Assembly (NCBI GenBank): GCA_964016885.1
Contig: OZ024740.1
Coordinates: 320,478,001-320,542,000 of the forward strand
From: Eledone cirrhosa
Taxonomy: Eukaryota
Direction: 5' to 3'
Length of the DNA: 64,000 nucleotides
A program made the translations under genes and the position numbers. This document shows positions 25,961-40,100 of this stretch, piece after piece; within the stretch, counting starts at the first letter, position 1, and each line of letters starts with the position of its first letter. The notes below the pieces were generated by a model. The model saw only the letters and a program-made list of their open reading frames with translations, did not search any database and was not told the origin of the DNA.

Positions 25961-25963
<3 letters not shown>
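25361..25963 (-). mobile_element. Putative solo LTR within (TA)n
   Basis: Minus strand starts TGTAGTGAA and ends TTGCTATA (imperfect TG..CA inverted ends); TA repeats on both sides. Confidence 0.45.
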
Positions 25964-26007
<44 letters not shown>

Positions 26008-26010
<3 letters not shown>

Positions 26011-27354
26011 AACAAACGAGTTTCACATCGAGGTTTTTATTGATTAGGCTCAGTTACAAATGTTTCACAGATGGGTGGCTCAGGATCCATATTAGTGTTA
26101 TAGACCCGACTCCAACCACAATCAATTAATAAGTCTGATGAGCTATTGGTGTTGGAGTCTTGTCTATAACACTCATGGTTCTAGGACAGCATTCCTCACC
26201 ATATGAGATGTCATCTGGTGTACCACAGGGATCTGTTCTTGGCTCCCTTTTGTTTGTGGCATATATTAATGACATAGATACCAACTTAAAGAATGCCACA
26301 GTACTGAAATATGCAGATGACATCAAAATGTACCTTGAGGATAAAAAGGACAGATCCTGAACACTGTAGATCTTGCCTGCAATCTGACCTGGACACAATG
26401 CAACAATGGATCTCAGACTGGCAACTGAAGCTAGCTGTGGACAAGTGTACCACCATGCATTTTGGGAGTAAAAACCCACCGTCCACATACTCCCTCCACA
26501 ACACTAATATCAAGAAGTCTTCTTGTGAACGTGACCTGGGCATTACGGTCAGCAGCGATTTGCGTTGGACGAAGCACGTTCCTAAAATTGTCAAAAAGGC
26601 TGAGGGTGTCTTAGTATCACTCAGCAAGACCTTTGTCAGCCGCTCTCCAGTTATCTATTTAAAGCTGTATCTAGCTATGTTGCGACCACACTTAGAATTT
26701 GTATCACCAGTCTGGAACCTCTATCTTGCTCAGAACATTGACTGCCTGGAAACTGTTCAGAGACATGCAACCAAGCAAATACCCTCCATCAGGCATCTAC
26801 CATACTCTGAACGCCTTGCTTCCCTGGGCATGGATACATTGAAGCTCCGACGTCTGGCAACTGACTTGGTAAACACCCACAAAATTATTAACCATCTTGC
26901 CAACAACAACCCTGAGTACCTTTTTGATTTTCATGTGTCTAACACGCGTGGGCATGCCCACAAAGTCAGAAAACAACACAGCTCCCATGACTTTCGGAAA
27001 TATTTTTTCACGCTTAGAGTTGTTGAAGCATGGAACAAACTCCCTGCATCACTTGTTAGCTGTCGAGACACTGCATTCTTTAAAACCTCCAAGCTTCCTG
27101 ATATTCGCCAACACTACACCTAATGTTCCCCCTCCATACATGTATATCATGACTCATACACTATTCACTTCCCTGACATTTGTATATTATTCTCTGTACC
27201 ATACATGCACCTTTGACAAGTTGTGTGCATCTGAGCACTGTACACAATAATTTCATTATTATTATTTAATATGAATCCTGAGGCACCCATCTGTGAAATA
27301 TTTGTAACTGAGCCTTATCAATAAAAACCTCGATGTAAAACTCATTTTGTTCTT
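26008..27354. repeat. Fold-back hammerhead cassette split by a CR1 insertion
   Basis: Left arm 26008-26122 is the inverse of 26145-26173 joined to 27268-27354; CTGATGA at 26135, GAAA at 27295. Confidence 0.8.
26173..27266 (+). mobile_element. 5'-truncated CR1-clade LINE
   Basis: SGVPQGSVLG, KYADD, ERDLG, RPHLEF..PVW, TRGH..K, FFTLRVVEAWNKLP; (ATT)n tail. Confidence 0.92.
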
Positions 27355-28254
27355 AATATATGCACTCTGCTATAGCATAGAATGCTAATATTGGCACCTT
27401 CCTCAGTAAACCACAAATCTACTGAATCACCTAATTATATATATATATGTGTGTGTGTGCGCGCGCGCGTGTGACTTGAGTTGCGTGCTAATTATTTAAA
27501 AAGTTTAACCTCTTTAAATGAGATCGTTACCAACAAAAGTCGTAGAATGTTTACCCCTGAGGGACCAAGGGAGCAAACTTTTGGGATATAGCTATAACTG
27601 TTTTTGTAATCTGCCGTGTAAGTTATTTTGCAAATATTTAAGTCTCTTCTAACATCTTCCCAATAATTAAAATTTGAATATGCAAAAAAATAAAAATAAA
27701 AAATGTTTAATTGTTGATTGTATGTATGTTCGCTAGGGTGAACATACATACAATGTGTAAGCCTAAAACCTTTCATTACTGAATTTTTTTGCATCATTGT
27801 CATCGTTGTGGTAAAATTATTCATAAGAGTAGAAAATGTGGCATAATTAAAATTGGGACTAGCAATACCAAAAAAATATAGAGGCCTCTAGGGAAGTGGA
27901 GTGGGCTGTCAAGTAAGAAGGTTGTGTGTGTGTAATAAATCCTGCATTTGTTGGACATTTAGAAACATGCAGTGTTTCTTGGGTGAGCGAGAGAATTAGT
28001 GATTTGATTTCCCTGCATTCCTCTAGAAAACAAGTTAAGCTCTGAATATTACATTATTTTCAATATCACCTAACTATATTTGGGAACCACTGTTCTCGGG
28101 TAATTAAACTAGTCATTTTGACTCGTGGTTCACAGAACAACAATCAACGATCTTGTCACAGGTAAAAAAAAATGTATGAAACTGTAAGTAGTTTTTGGTA
28201 TGGTGGCAAACTAAATAGAATAATGATAGAAATGTTATTTGTAGCAGCTATAAC

Positions 28255-28405
28255 CAGTGGCAGATTAAGGAGCAGGGACTGACTGGACAGTAGCCTCACA
28301 ATATTTAAAAATACCCAAATTAATTTTTGGCTACTATATATAATATGCAAGGGACACATGGAAATTTATTGACAGGGGCCCACATGCAAGGTTAATCTGC
28401 CCCTA
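28255..28405. mobile_element. hAT-like MITE
   Basis: Ends CAGTGGCAGATTAA / TTAATCTGCCCCTAG; a similar end CAGGGCCGGATTTAA lies at 24870. Confidence 0.5.
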
Positions 28406-28581
28406 GCTGTAACAACAGAAACATCAGTTACCCACCAAAACAGTGAGAGACAGAATTACTTACCAATGTATGTGTGTATATGTATGCATGTGTTTATGTA
28501 CACACATGCACAAATACAATGGACTTCCTTACCATTTCTGTCAACAAAATTCACTGAAGGCATTGGACAGCCCGAGATTAT

Positions 28582-31200
28582 AATCATAATGAAATTATTG
28601 TGTACAGTGCTCAGTTGCACTACAACTCATCAAAGGTGCATTATAGTACATAGAATAATGTACAAATGTCAAGAAAATGAACAGTGTACAAGTCATGAAA
28701 TACATGTGTGTGTGTATATGGAGGGAGGACATCAGGTGTAGTGTTGGCGAATCTCAGGAAGCATGGAGGTTTTAAAGGATGCAGTGTCTCGACAGCTAAC
28801 AAGTGATGCAGGGAGTTTGTTCCATGCTTCAGCAACTCTGAACGTGAAAAGATGTTTCCATAAGTCATGGGAGCTGTGCTGTTTTCTGACTTTGTAGGCA
28901 TGCCCATGTGTGTTAGACACATGGAAATCAAAAAGGGTTGTTGTTGGCAAGATGGTTAATGATTTTGTGGGTGTTTACCAAGTCAGTTGCCAGACGTCGG
29001 AGCTTCAATGTATCCATGCCCAGGGAAGCAAGGCGTTCAGAGTATGGTAAATGCCTGATGGAGGGTATTCGCTTGATTGCACGTCTCTGAACAGTTTCCA
29101 GGCGGTCAATATTCTGAGCAAGATAGAGGTTCCAGACTAGTGATGCAAATTCTAAGTGTGACTGCACCATAGCTAGATACAGCTTTAAATAGATAGCTGG
29201 AGAGCGGCTGACAAAGGTCTTGCTGAGTGATACTAAGACACCCTCGGCCTTCTTGACAATTTTAGGAACGTGCTTCGTCCAACACAAATCGCTGCTGACA
29301 GTAATGCCCAGGTCACGTTCACAAGAAGACTTTTTGATATTAGTGTTGTGGAGGGAGTATGTGGACGCTGGGTTTTTACTCCCAAAATGCATGGTGATAC
29401 ATTTGTCCACAGCCAACTTGAGTTGCCAATCCGTGATCTATTGTTGCATTGTGTCCAGGTCTGATTGCAGGCAAAATCTATAGTGTTCAGGATCTGTCCT
29501 TTTTATCTCAAAGTATATCTTGATGTCATCTGCATATTTCAGTACTGTGGCATTCTTTAAGTTGGTATCTATGTCATTAATATATGCCACAAACAAAAGG
29601 GGGCCAAGAACAGATCCCTGTGGTACACCAGATGATATCTCATATGGTGAGGAATGCTGTCCTAGAACCATGACTACTTCTTTTCGACTGAGAATGAAGG
29701 ACTTCAACCAGTTAAAAAGAACATCCTTCACACCCATTGCAGAGAGTTTTGCCATAAGTCTTTTGTGTGGCACAGAATTGAAAGCTTTAGCAAAGTCAAG
29801 GTAAACAACATCCATCCATGAGTCGCCATCAGTGATCCGGGTGATGTCTTCAAAAAACTCAATAAGTTGATCACAACAGCTGGAGTTAGGGATAAATCCA
29901 AATTGCGAGGGCCAGATAAGACTGTGAGAGTTCCAGAAGTTCCAAAATGTTTCTCTGACACAGGTTCCATCAGTTCAGCAATGCAGCTAGTGAGACTGAC
30001 TGGAGGATAGTTGACAGGTGATGTATGGTCATTGAACAGAGGAATGACACTGGCAGTTTTCCACTGCTCTGGTGATGTCGCAGCATTGCAGGTGTAAATT
30101 CCATAGTTGTAATAGAATCCGATGTCAGAGGTGGTGGAGATGGTACACTTTGGTCTTCAACAGTGAAAATGCATGCATAGCATTCAGCAATGGGTTCTGT
30201 GCATTCCTTGGGGTCGTCAGTAATCTAGCTTGTGTGGGGATTGCGAAGAGGACCAACTGGAGAGTAAGGCCTTTGCTTTGAGTGTACATACTTCCAGAAC
30301 ACCTTACTGTCAGGGTAGGTTGCTATGCGCTGCTCAAATTCGAGCACTACCTTTTTTGTCACCTGCTTGAAATGATTGGATGATTTATTTCACTTTTTCC
30401 TATAGATATCTGATTTATGCAGTTTGTACTCACATTCAGCATTACAACGTTCTTTCCTGGCAAGTCAGAGCGCTGCAGTCTCCCAAATTGTACTTTTGGG
30501 ATGTTTTTTCTGCTTACGTAGCACCAATGCTGCACATACTGTCCATATTGAGTTCAGGATGCTCTGAAGTACAGTGTTGACATCTCCAGAGTCATAAAAT
30601 TCAAACAGTTTGGACGTTGCTGCTCGGTGCAGTAACAGTTCCAGTCTGTTTTATTCTAGTCAAAGTGAGCAGTTTGGAGATGGTTGTGGTTTTTGTTACT
30701 GCCCATGAGGGACAGATTGGCAATGATCATAGCATGATCAGAGTCACCTAAAGGTTCCTCAGCACTAACACTAATAACCATTTCAGGAGTAGTGGTGAAG
30801 AGTAGATCCAAAGTGTTGTCACCTCTTGTTGGGGAGGTGACTACTTGGGACCAGTTTGAGTCCAGCACTAGCTCAAGGAAATCGTTTGCACTTTGCGGCC
30901 AATGAAAGGTTTCCTAGTCAATCTCAGGGTGATTGAAGTCCCCTGCAATAAAAACATAAGTGGCTGTTTTCCTGGCAGCAGCTCTGAGGATATCACAAAG
31001 TTGAGTGTCCTGATGGTAATTTGGGGGATGGTAAACAACTCCAAGTAGCCGTGTTGACATGGTCATATGTATATCACAGAAAAATACTTCTTGCTGCGAT
31101 TGGTTCAAATCAACACATGGTAAAAGACTCTTGCTCAAAGTGTCACTCAGTGAAATATAACCCCAAATTATGCGATTGTGAAGTGAACTTCTTAACCATA
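28582..31200 (-). mobile_element. CR1-clade LINE, same family, longer and degraded (APE + RT)
   Basis: AGDFN, PTRGDNTLDLLF, SDH, YLDFAKAF, GVPQGSVLGP, YADD; stops and frameshifts. Confidence 0.92.
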
Positions 31201-31796
31201 GTCATTGCTTTGACTATACACACCCAAACAAACACTAACACACGTGCACGCACACACACACATCTGACCAGTCATTAGATCAAAAAAACTTTATTTGCTT
31301 TCAGCCTATATTCCTTTCAACAAAGGTGGTTAACGTTTCCATTACCATATTTTCTTTAATGAAAAAACACTGCCTATCAATTTCAAATAATGAAAAACTA
31401 TCACCATTCCCACCACCACTATTCCAGAGTACACAGTAAAATTATGACCAGAAGATGTTGTGTACAAGAGTTAGGCCTAGTTCTTTATTTTTTATTCATT
31501 TCATTATCATATTTTACATCTGGAGAACAGGCTTCTAAAGGGCTAATCTGTATTTTAATGATGAGAGAGACTTAAAATTACATTATGAAATTCCTCCAAA
31601 ATCAATTGTAACATTCAGGCAATGCACTTCATTAGAAATATGGTAATAAAAGGGTTAAGGATCCGGAAACAACAAGCATTAGTAATAACTTTAGCATGAG
31701 GATATATAGAGAAAGACATTTTCAGTAATAAAATCAATTACCAACTCAATATTCAGACAAATGAACATCTTATAACCTCCATTTATACTCCTGTCA

Positions 31797-32079
31797 TTAG
31801 AGGACACCTGTTATTTGAGGACACCTGTTGCTGGAGAACTCCTGTTATTAGAGTACTCCTGTTGCTGGAAGACTCCTGTTGCTGGAGGACTCCTGTTGCT
31901 GGAAGACTCCTGTTGCTGGAAGACTCCTGTTGCTGGAAGACTCCTGTTGCTGGAAGACTCCTGTTGCTGGAAGACTCCTGTTGCTGGAAGACTCCTGTTG
32001 CTGGAAGACTCCTGTTGCTGGAAGACTCCTGTTGCTGGAAGACTCCTGTTATTGGAAGACTCCTGTTATTGGAAGACTC
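31797..32079. repeat. 17-bp tandem repeat (CTCCTGTTGCTGGAAGA)n
   Basis: About 16 units. Confidence 0.95.
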
Positions 32080-32242
32080 AGAAATGAAAAGCTAAGCATT
32101 GGATAAGAATTTTAAATAAATTTTAATAAAATGTTGAAAGTATTTTGTAAACATCAGTGATATATTTATACTTTACTGATTTATTGCTATTGGTCAATTT
32201 ATATGACTGTCTGCTTATTTTGTTTGAAGCTGTCAACAGCAA

Positions 32243-32731
32243 TACAGTAAATCCACACCTTACGAACATCCTACTTACGACACAGATACTAACAATCTCA
32301 TGAAGAAAAAATAATTTTGTCTGTGTTTGAAGATTGTGTTTTTGTGGGCTCTTTTGGGCCCTGGTTTCCTTCTTTTGCAGCATAAAAACAAGTCAAAATC
32401 ATACCTTCAGTATGGGATACCATGCTGTTTTCACAGAATTGAAAAAGTACTTTTTTTCTTTAACAATTTATTGTCATTAGTATTTAAATTGATTATTACA
32501 TGTTATATATACCTCTATATACTGTGTGTGTATGTATATATATATATATATATATACCTCTATATACTGTTATATATACCTCTCTATACAGTATATATAT
32601 ATATATCACTGATATTGAAACCTGCAGTATCAATGTAACATATATGGGCTTACTGGTACATACTGTGTCAGACGATCAACTTACGAACAAATCAGCTAAC
32701 AAACTCGTTTGAAAGTTGGGGACTTACCGTA
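32243..32731. mobile_element. pogo/Tigger-like MITE remnant
   Basis: Imperfect TIRs TACAGTAAATCC.. / ..GGGACTTACCGTA. Confidence 0.45.
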
Positions 32732-32809
32732 CAGCATAGAATTCAATGATTAATAAATCTTGATAAATATTTCTATGATTGGTTTATTTAATCAGAAATG
32801 CTTTAGGTA

Positions 32810-33011
32810 TACGAGGGTGGGCTGAAAAATTCATAGGCTGGCTATGAAGGAGTGATGCTAGAGCTGTGAATTCTTGCATGTATTAATTTCAACTCTTCTT
32901 AATAATAACTGCATTATTTCTTTCCAGGGACTATGTTGAAAGATAAACCTCATTTGCTCATTCCATGAGAGTATCTTGGTCAGCCTATGAATATTTCTGC
33001 TGACCTTCATA
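32810..33011. mobile_element. mariner-like MITE (partial copies ~50095-50201 and 58545-58597)
   Basis: TIRs TACGAGGGTGGGCTGAAAAATTCATAGGCTG / CAGCCTATGAATATTTCTGCTGACCTTCATA. Confidence 0.7.
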
Positions 33012-33519
33012 TATGAAAGAAGAGTGACTTTATGAGAGTTGACACGTCATGTAAAACTCTACATATAATGGTTTCTGATTTAGGCCAACAATTTGTGGGG
33101 ATGGGGAAAGTTGATTAAATGTACCCCAATGTATTACTGATACTTTATTTTATCAACCCTGTAAGGATGAAAGGCAAAGCTAACCTCAGCAGGATTTGAA
33201 AGCAAAACGTAACCATATGCTGCAAAGCATGTCTGAGACTCTTCCAATACTGCCAACCCATCGCCCTAACTTGACACATAATGATTTCTAATTTAAACTC
33301 AAGGCTAACAATTGGGGAACGAAAAGTCAATTACATTGACTCCAGTATATGACTGGTGCTTTATTTTATCAGACCCAGAAGGATGAAAGGCAAAGTTGTC
33401 CTCGGCGGAATTTGAACTCAGAATGTAAAGGGCAGTAACAAAATACTATGAGACAGTTTGTCTGACGTTCTACCAATTCTGCCAATCCACGACCCTCTGC
33501 TTGACATATAATAATGAAT

Positions 33520-33714
33520 TACAAGGGGTACTGAAAAATGCCTGGCTTTAAGGGTATCGCAAAAGGGTAGATCTGTTACCTTTACAGGGGAGGTAGGACC
33601 GCTGCAATAAATGTGTGAATCTGAGAGCGGAATATGTTGAATAAAATCATAATTAACTGATTATCCTGTATTTTCTTTTATCCAAAGCCTGGAACTTTTC
33701 AGCACCCCTTCATA
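33520..33714. mobile_element. mariner-like MITE, second family
   Basis: TIRs TACAAGGGGTACTGAAAAATGCCTGGCTTT / AAAGCCTGGAACTTTTCAGCACCCCTTCATA. Confidence 0.7.
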
Positions 33715-34080
33715 ACTAAGACAGTTGAGCTGTATGCTACAGAACAAACAACCCAACAGTTATATAATATATACCATATAGCTTACAGAAGCTAATAAAT
33801 GCCATCAATTCTTGTTGAAGAATTTATAGAAATACATTTTAAATAATATGGGACATAAATTTATAAGATATGTCTAATATTACAGACAGCATATGAATGT
33901 AAAACAAGATTTTGCTGAAGAATTTTCCAGATGTTACAAGAATAAATAAATATTCATCTGAGAAATTTCCGGTTGCAATTTTATGCTAATTTCTGGATAG
34001 AGTTTCAAGGGATGGAATTTTTCTGCAATTTCATACTAATTCCCAGGTACAGTTTGAAGGAATTTTTCTGCAATTTCATA

Positions 34081-34189
34081 TTAATTCCCAGGTACATTTT
34101 GAAGGGATTTTTTGGAAGTTAAAGATATCAGATATTCAAGGGCCGTCCGGAAAGAAGTCAAACAATAACCACCTTCACCAAGAAGATAC
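34081..34189 (-). CDS. VPS9D1: VPS9D1-like last coding exon
   Basis: [35 protein letters not shown]. Confidence 0.85.
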
Positions 34190-37100
34190 CTAAACAGGAA
34201 AAATAAAGCAAACATTAACAAAATTCAAAAAGTTGTAAAAATACATACATGTGTGTGTACAGACAAAATGTTGTAAATATATATACATGCGTGTGTATAT
34301 ATAAAACAAGCATTGGTTTCAATGATGGGTATTCCAGTTGTTCTATCAATAGAATATGCAGCTCATGAGATTAACAAATAGCTGAACATTCCACAGACAC
34401 TTGCACCCTTAACGTAATTCTCGGAGAGATTCAGCATGACAAGACTCGCTCTTTTGATTACAGGTAGAGTCCATGTGACAGTCTTCCAAACAGTTTCCAT
34501 CTGCCCAATTTCATTCACAAGACATGAGTTAAATGCCACCTCCACACACACACACACAAATTGAGTATCAATAGGATCTATAAGTATTGGTCCAGTATTC
34601 TACCGACAAATATTTATGTACTTAATTGCGAGTGTGTGTCTGTGAAACATACAGATACACCGGATCTGAGCACAAAGGAACCAAACTCCCACTGTCACTG
34701 CCTCTGTTTCTCCCGTTCTCCTTATCTCTCACTATTATGAGCAAATGGGGTCCTGTTATAGTAAACTTTGGTTTCTGTAGTAGTTAGCAGATTAGAACAG
34801 GGTGCTAGTATATTGCAAGTAACTTTCTCAAAAATTACCGGTACCAAAATCTTCATAGCTAGGTGAAATGAAGCAATATAGAATAGGAGCCTAGAAATAT
34901 AATGAAGCACTAACAGTGGATTTGAACTCTTGAACCACAGATTACTAGTGATATGTTCTAATCTACTTAATACTAGAGAAACTAAGGTTATTGAACTCTG
35001 CTACTTTATCCACTCGCTCGTTATCCTTTTATTACATCATAAATACAGTATAGATGCAGAACAGATAAATAGATGGTATACTGAGTTACTACTTAGTGGG
35101 CCTTGAATTTAGGACTGATAAAAGTGTCTTGCTGTTTCGACAACCATTGCTAGCAGAGAGAACAGACATTAAATGATGATAATGATGATGACATAATTTT
35201 AAGGGTTAAGAGGACCCTTCAGTCATACGATGGTACAGCAACCTCCCTAGTGTTGGTGATTTACATGATAAACACACACAGTACAAGCTGTAAAGTGGTT
35301 GATGTTAGAAAGGCATACAGCCATAGAAAGTTTGCCAAACAAAGGGCTGAGAGGGCACATCAGTCATGTCAAAGACATGGTGGCTTCCCTAGTTTAGTGA
35401 TCTTCACGATAAATGCATGCAGTACATGCTGTAAAGTGGTTGTTATTTGGAAGGACACCAAGCCATAGAAAGCTTGCCACACAAAGGGTTGGGATTATCC
35501 TTCAGTTGTGTCAAAGACATGACAACCTCTCCTGCACACTTGATAGAATATGAGACCATACATAAGTGAGATAATAGACCCCTAGCCTGTCTGAGAGGTC
35601 AGTAGCCCTGCTTCAGTACTGACTTGGTCTATGTAGACCCGTCAGATAGAATGCTTTACAGCGTTGGTTCCAGTACATTGCATTCTATGTTCAAATCCTA
35701 CTAAAGTCAACTTTGCCTTCCTTCCTGGGTTGATGCAACCAACTTGCTGGCCTTGTGCCTAATTTAGAAACCATTATTATATTTCACATTTGGAGAACAA
35801 CAGTATCATTAGTTATGGTTTCCAATGGGTTGGCATCTGGGTCACTATATTTTAATGGTGAGAGTGACTAGAAGTTGTCTGTTCAAATTCCTATGTTACA
35901 GATGGCAGAATTATAATAAAATTCTTCATTAATGTCGTTGCTAATTCTTGCCTTTCTGATGCCATTTCTAACAAGTCAATCGACTACATCTTGTTTTCTT
36001 AGTGACCACCAGACTACAGAGCATGGTACCCTGTCAAAGACCTCCAAATCTTTGAATGCTAGATATAGAGGCTTTCTAAGAACATCTGAAGTTATCTCAC
36101 TAGGAAGAGAGCATTGGTGGTGTCCCATCCTAGCACAAACCTGAAGCTAATTCTTTTCCTAATCAGTTGTGCTATAATTCTGTCTGTTACTTGCATAACT
36201 TAGTCTATCAATTTTCTGCCTCTGAAGTTGCTTCTTTCTAGAACATCTCCATCAATCATGATGATACTACTATGCCAGCCATTGGGAATGACACCTCTCT
36301 GTACTACTTTATTAACGAAGTGAATCTCTAGAGCATGTCTTACTTCATCAGATATTTTCACCATCTCACCACCTATCTTGACGGTTCAGCTGTTTTCCCT
36401 GCTTTCGTATCCTTAATCACACTTCTGACCATATATCTATCAACTTTAATATCACTACTCGGGGTAATTCCTCTTTCTCCCATTCTGTTCACTCAGCAAT
36501 CTCTCATAAAAACATTTCCATGACACTTTCTCTTCAGCATTAGTGAGAGCAAGCATGCTGCTATCGGGCCGTATATTTTTCTCCATTCAAGCTGACACAC
36601 TACAATCCAGAACACCTTATGGCTCTGATCCTCTCATCACAGAACATCAACAAATTTAGCTTTTGCTCAGTTTTAATCTGCCAAATTCTACTCACAAAGG
36701 TATTGGACAGTCAGAGGCTAGGGTATAAGGTACTTGTCCAAGGTGCTGTGCAGTAGGATTAAACCCACTAATTGTGAGGTAAACTTCTTAAACATGACAT
36801 GTCTATGCATAAGATAAGATGCCAGTGATAGCATGAGATAGATGCTGCACACAGGAATGTTTTAACCCAACACCAGGACCCATTAGAAGGAGAGTCTAAG
36901 TACTCTGCCCCAACAACCCCCGCAGGAATAGGTGAGCAAAGAAGAAGAGAAAAAGACCAAGAGCTGACAAAACACATCTCAGTTATTTAATGATAATGTA
37001 GCACACTTCAACAAAAGTAGAAAAAGTGTAGTAACCACATGTATTGTAGCCATTGGTAGAAAAGTGTGATAACCTCACACATACACATTGTAATCATAGA

Positions 37101-40100
37101 TAGGAAAGTGGAATAATCATAAGCACCCAGTCTACACTGTAAAGTGGTCATGCAGGTGTTACAACAAAAATCACCCAGTCCACAATGTAAAGTGGTCATG
37201 TAGATGTCATAACAAAAAGCACCCAGCCTACACTGTAAATGTGGTTGGTGTTAGGAAGGGCATCCAGCTGTAGAAACCAAGCCAAAATCAGTTCTGTTTG
37301 AGCAAGACACAAACAGCTGATCTGGCTAGTCTTACAATGGGGCAACTTGTCTAAACCATGCTAGCATGGAAAAATGGAAGTTAAACAGTGATGATGATGA
37401 TGATGGCTAAAACCATAGATAAAAATAAAGGTACAGACGCTAAGTGAAGTAATAAAGAGATACTTGAGTTACTCACCCTTCATGTATTAGTTCCTCTATG
37501 GCAGCACACTCAGACACAAGCTCAGGCATTTCACTGCGGATTAATACATAATGCAGGATTGGAAGCAGATCATCAGCACCACTGAAAGAAAAAGAATATA
37601 ATCCTAAATTTTTTATTGCAATAGTGTTGATAGTGATAAAAGTTGTAGTAATATTATAGAATTAAGGAGTTATTCACTGGTTAGTTTGCAGTGCCTAGTT
37701 CAATTCATCCTTGGGAAAAGTGGAATAAGATACCTATAATTCTTCTCGAGTTATTCCTCCATAAAAGGTGAAACAATCTTTTTGCCTTTTTCTAATGGCT
37801 AGAATATATGCAGCTCAGTTCACCTGCATGCTCATAGATTTCTTTGCTAACTGGAGCAGTTGTGCCAACCCATTGTCGAATTAATAGTTGATCATCTACA
37901 AAAGCACTGGTGTTCACGCTGAGGCCATCTAATTAAACTGATGATCACCACATGAGCTACTGCTTACTAGAGAAAACTAGTGTTATCTAGAACAATGTGA
38001 TGATCACCACATGAGCTACTGCTTACTATAATAAACTAGTGTTATCTAGAACAATGTGATGATTGCCACATGAACTACTGCCTTCTATAATAAACTAGTG
38101 TTATCTAGAACAATGTGATGATTGCCACATGAACTACTGCCTTCTATAATAAACTAGTGTTATCTAGAACAATGTGATGATCACCACATGAGCTACTGCT
38201 TACTATAATAAACTAGTGTTATCTAGAACAATGTGATGATTGCCACATGAACTACTGCCTTCTATAATAAACTAGTGTTATCTAGAACAATGTGATGATT
38301 GCCACATGAACTACTGCCTTCTATAATAAACTAGCGTTATCTAGAACAATGTGATGATCACCACATGAGCTACTGCTTACTATAATAAACTAGTGTTATC
38401 TAGAACAATGTGATGATTGCCACATGAGCTACTGCTTACTATAATAAACTAGTGTTATCTAGAACAATGTGATGATTGCCACATGAACTACTGCCTTCTA
38501 TAATAAACTAGTGTTATCTAGAACAATGTGATGATTGCCACATGAACTACTGCCTTCTATAATAAACTAGTGTTATCTAGAACAATGTGATGATCACCAC
38601 ATGAGCTACTGCTTACTATAATAAACTAGTGTTATCTAGAACAATGTGATGATTGCCACATGAGCTACTGCTTACTATAATAAACTAGTGTTATCTAGAA
38701 CAATGTGATGATTGCCACATGAGCTACTGCCTTCTATAATAAACTAGTGTTATCTAGAACAATGTGATGATTGCCACATGAGCTACTGCTTACTATAATA
38801 AACTAGTGTTATCTAGAACAATGTGATGATTGCCACATGAGCTACTGCTTACTATAATAAACTAGTGTTATCTAGAACAATGTGATGATTGCCACATGAG
38901 CTACTGCCTTCTATAATAAACTAGTGTTATCTAGAACAATGTGATGATTGCCACATGAGCTACTGCTTACTATAATAAACTAGTGTTATCTAGAACAATG
39001 TGATGATTGCCACATGAGCTACTGCTTACTATAATAAACTAGTGTTATCTAGAACAATGTGATGATTGCCACATGAGCTACTGCTTACTATAATAAACTA
39101 GTGTTATCTAGAACAATGTGATGATTGCCACATGAACTACTGCCTTCTATAATAAACTAGTGTTATCGAGAACAATGTGATGATTGCCACATGAACTACT
39201 GCCTTCTATAATAAACTAGCGTTATCTAGAACAATGTGATGATTGCCACATGAACTACTGCCTTCTATAATAAACTTGTGTTATCTAGAACAATGTGATG
39301 ATTGCCACATGAACTACTGCCTTCTATAATAAACTAGCGTTATCTAGAACAATGTGATGATTGCCACATGAACTACTGCCTTCTATAATAAACTAGTGTT
39401 ATCTAGAACAATGTGATGATTGCCACATGAACTACTGCCTTCTATAATAAACTAGCGTTATCTAGAACAATGTGATGATTGCCACATGAACTACTGCCTT
39501 CTATAATAAACTAGTGTTATCTAGAACAATGTGATGATTGCCACATGAACTACTGCCTTCTATAATAAACTAGCGTTATCTAGAACAATGTGATGATTGC
39601 CACATGAACTACTGCCTTCTATAATAAACTAGTGTTATCTAGAACAATGTGATGATTGCCACATGAACTACTGCCTTCTATAATAAACTAGTGTTATCTA
39701 GAACAATGTGATGATTGCCACATGAACTACTGCCTTCTATAATAAACTAGCGTTATCTAGAACAATGTGATGATTGCCACATGAACTACTGCCTTCTATA
39801 ATAAACTAGCGTTATCTAGAACAATGTGATGATTGCCACATGAACTACTGCCTTCTATAATAAACTAGCGTTATCTAGAACAATGTGATGATTGCCACAT
39901 GAACTACTGCCTTCTATAATAAACTAGTGTTATCTAGAACAATGTGATGATTGCCACATGAACTACTGCCTTCTATAATAAACTAGCGTTATCTAGAACA
40001 ATGTGATGATTGCCACATGAACTACTGCCTTCTATAATAAACTAGTGTTATCTAGAACAATGTGATGATTGCCACATGAACTACTGCCTTCTATAATAAA

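Noticed and set aside
31815-32106. Cys/Trp-rich repeat peptide
   Set aside because: A 17-bp repeat open in all three frames, with no splice or start context.
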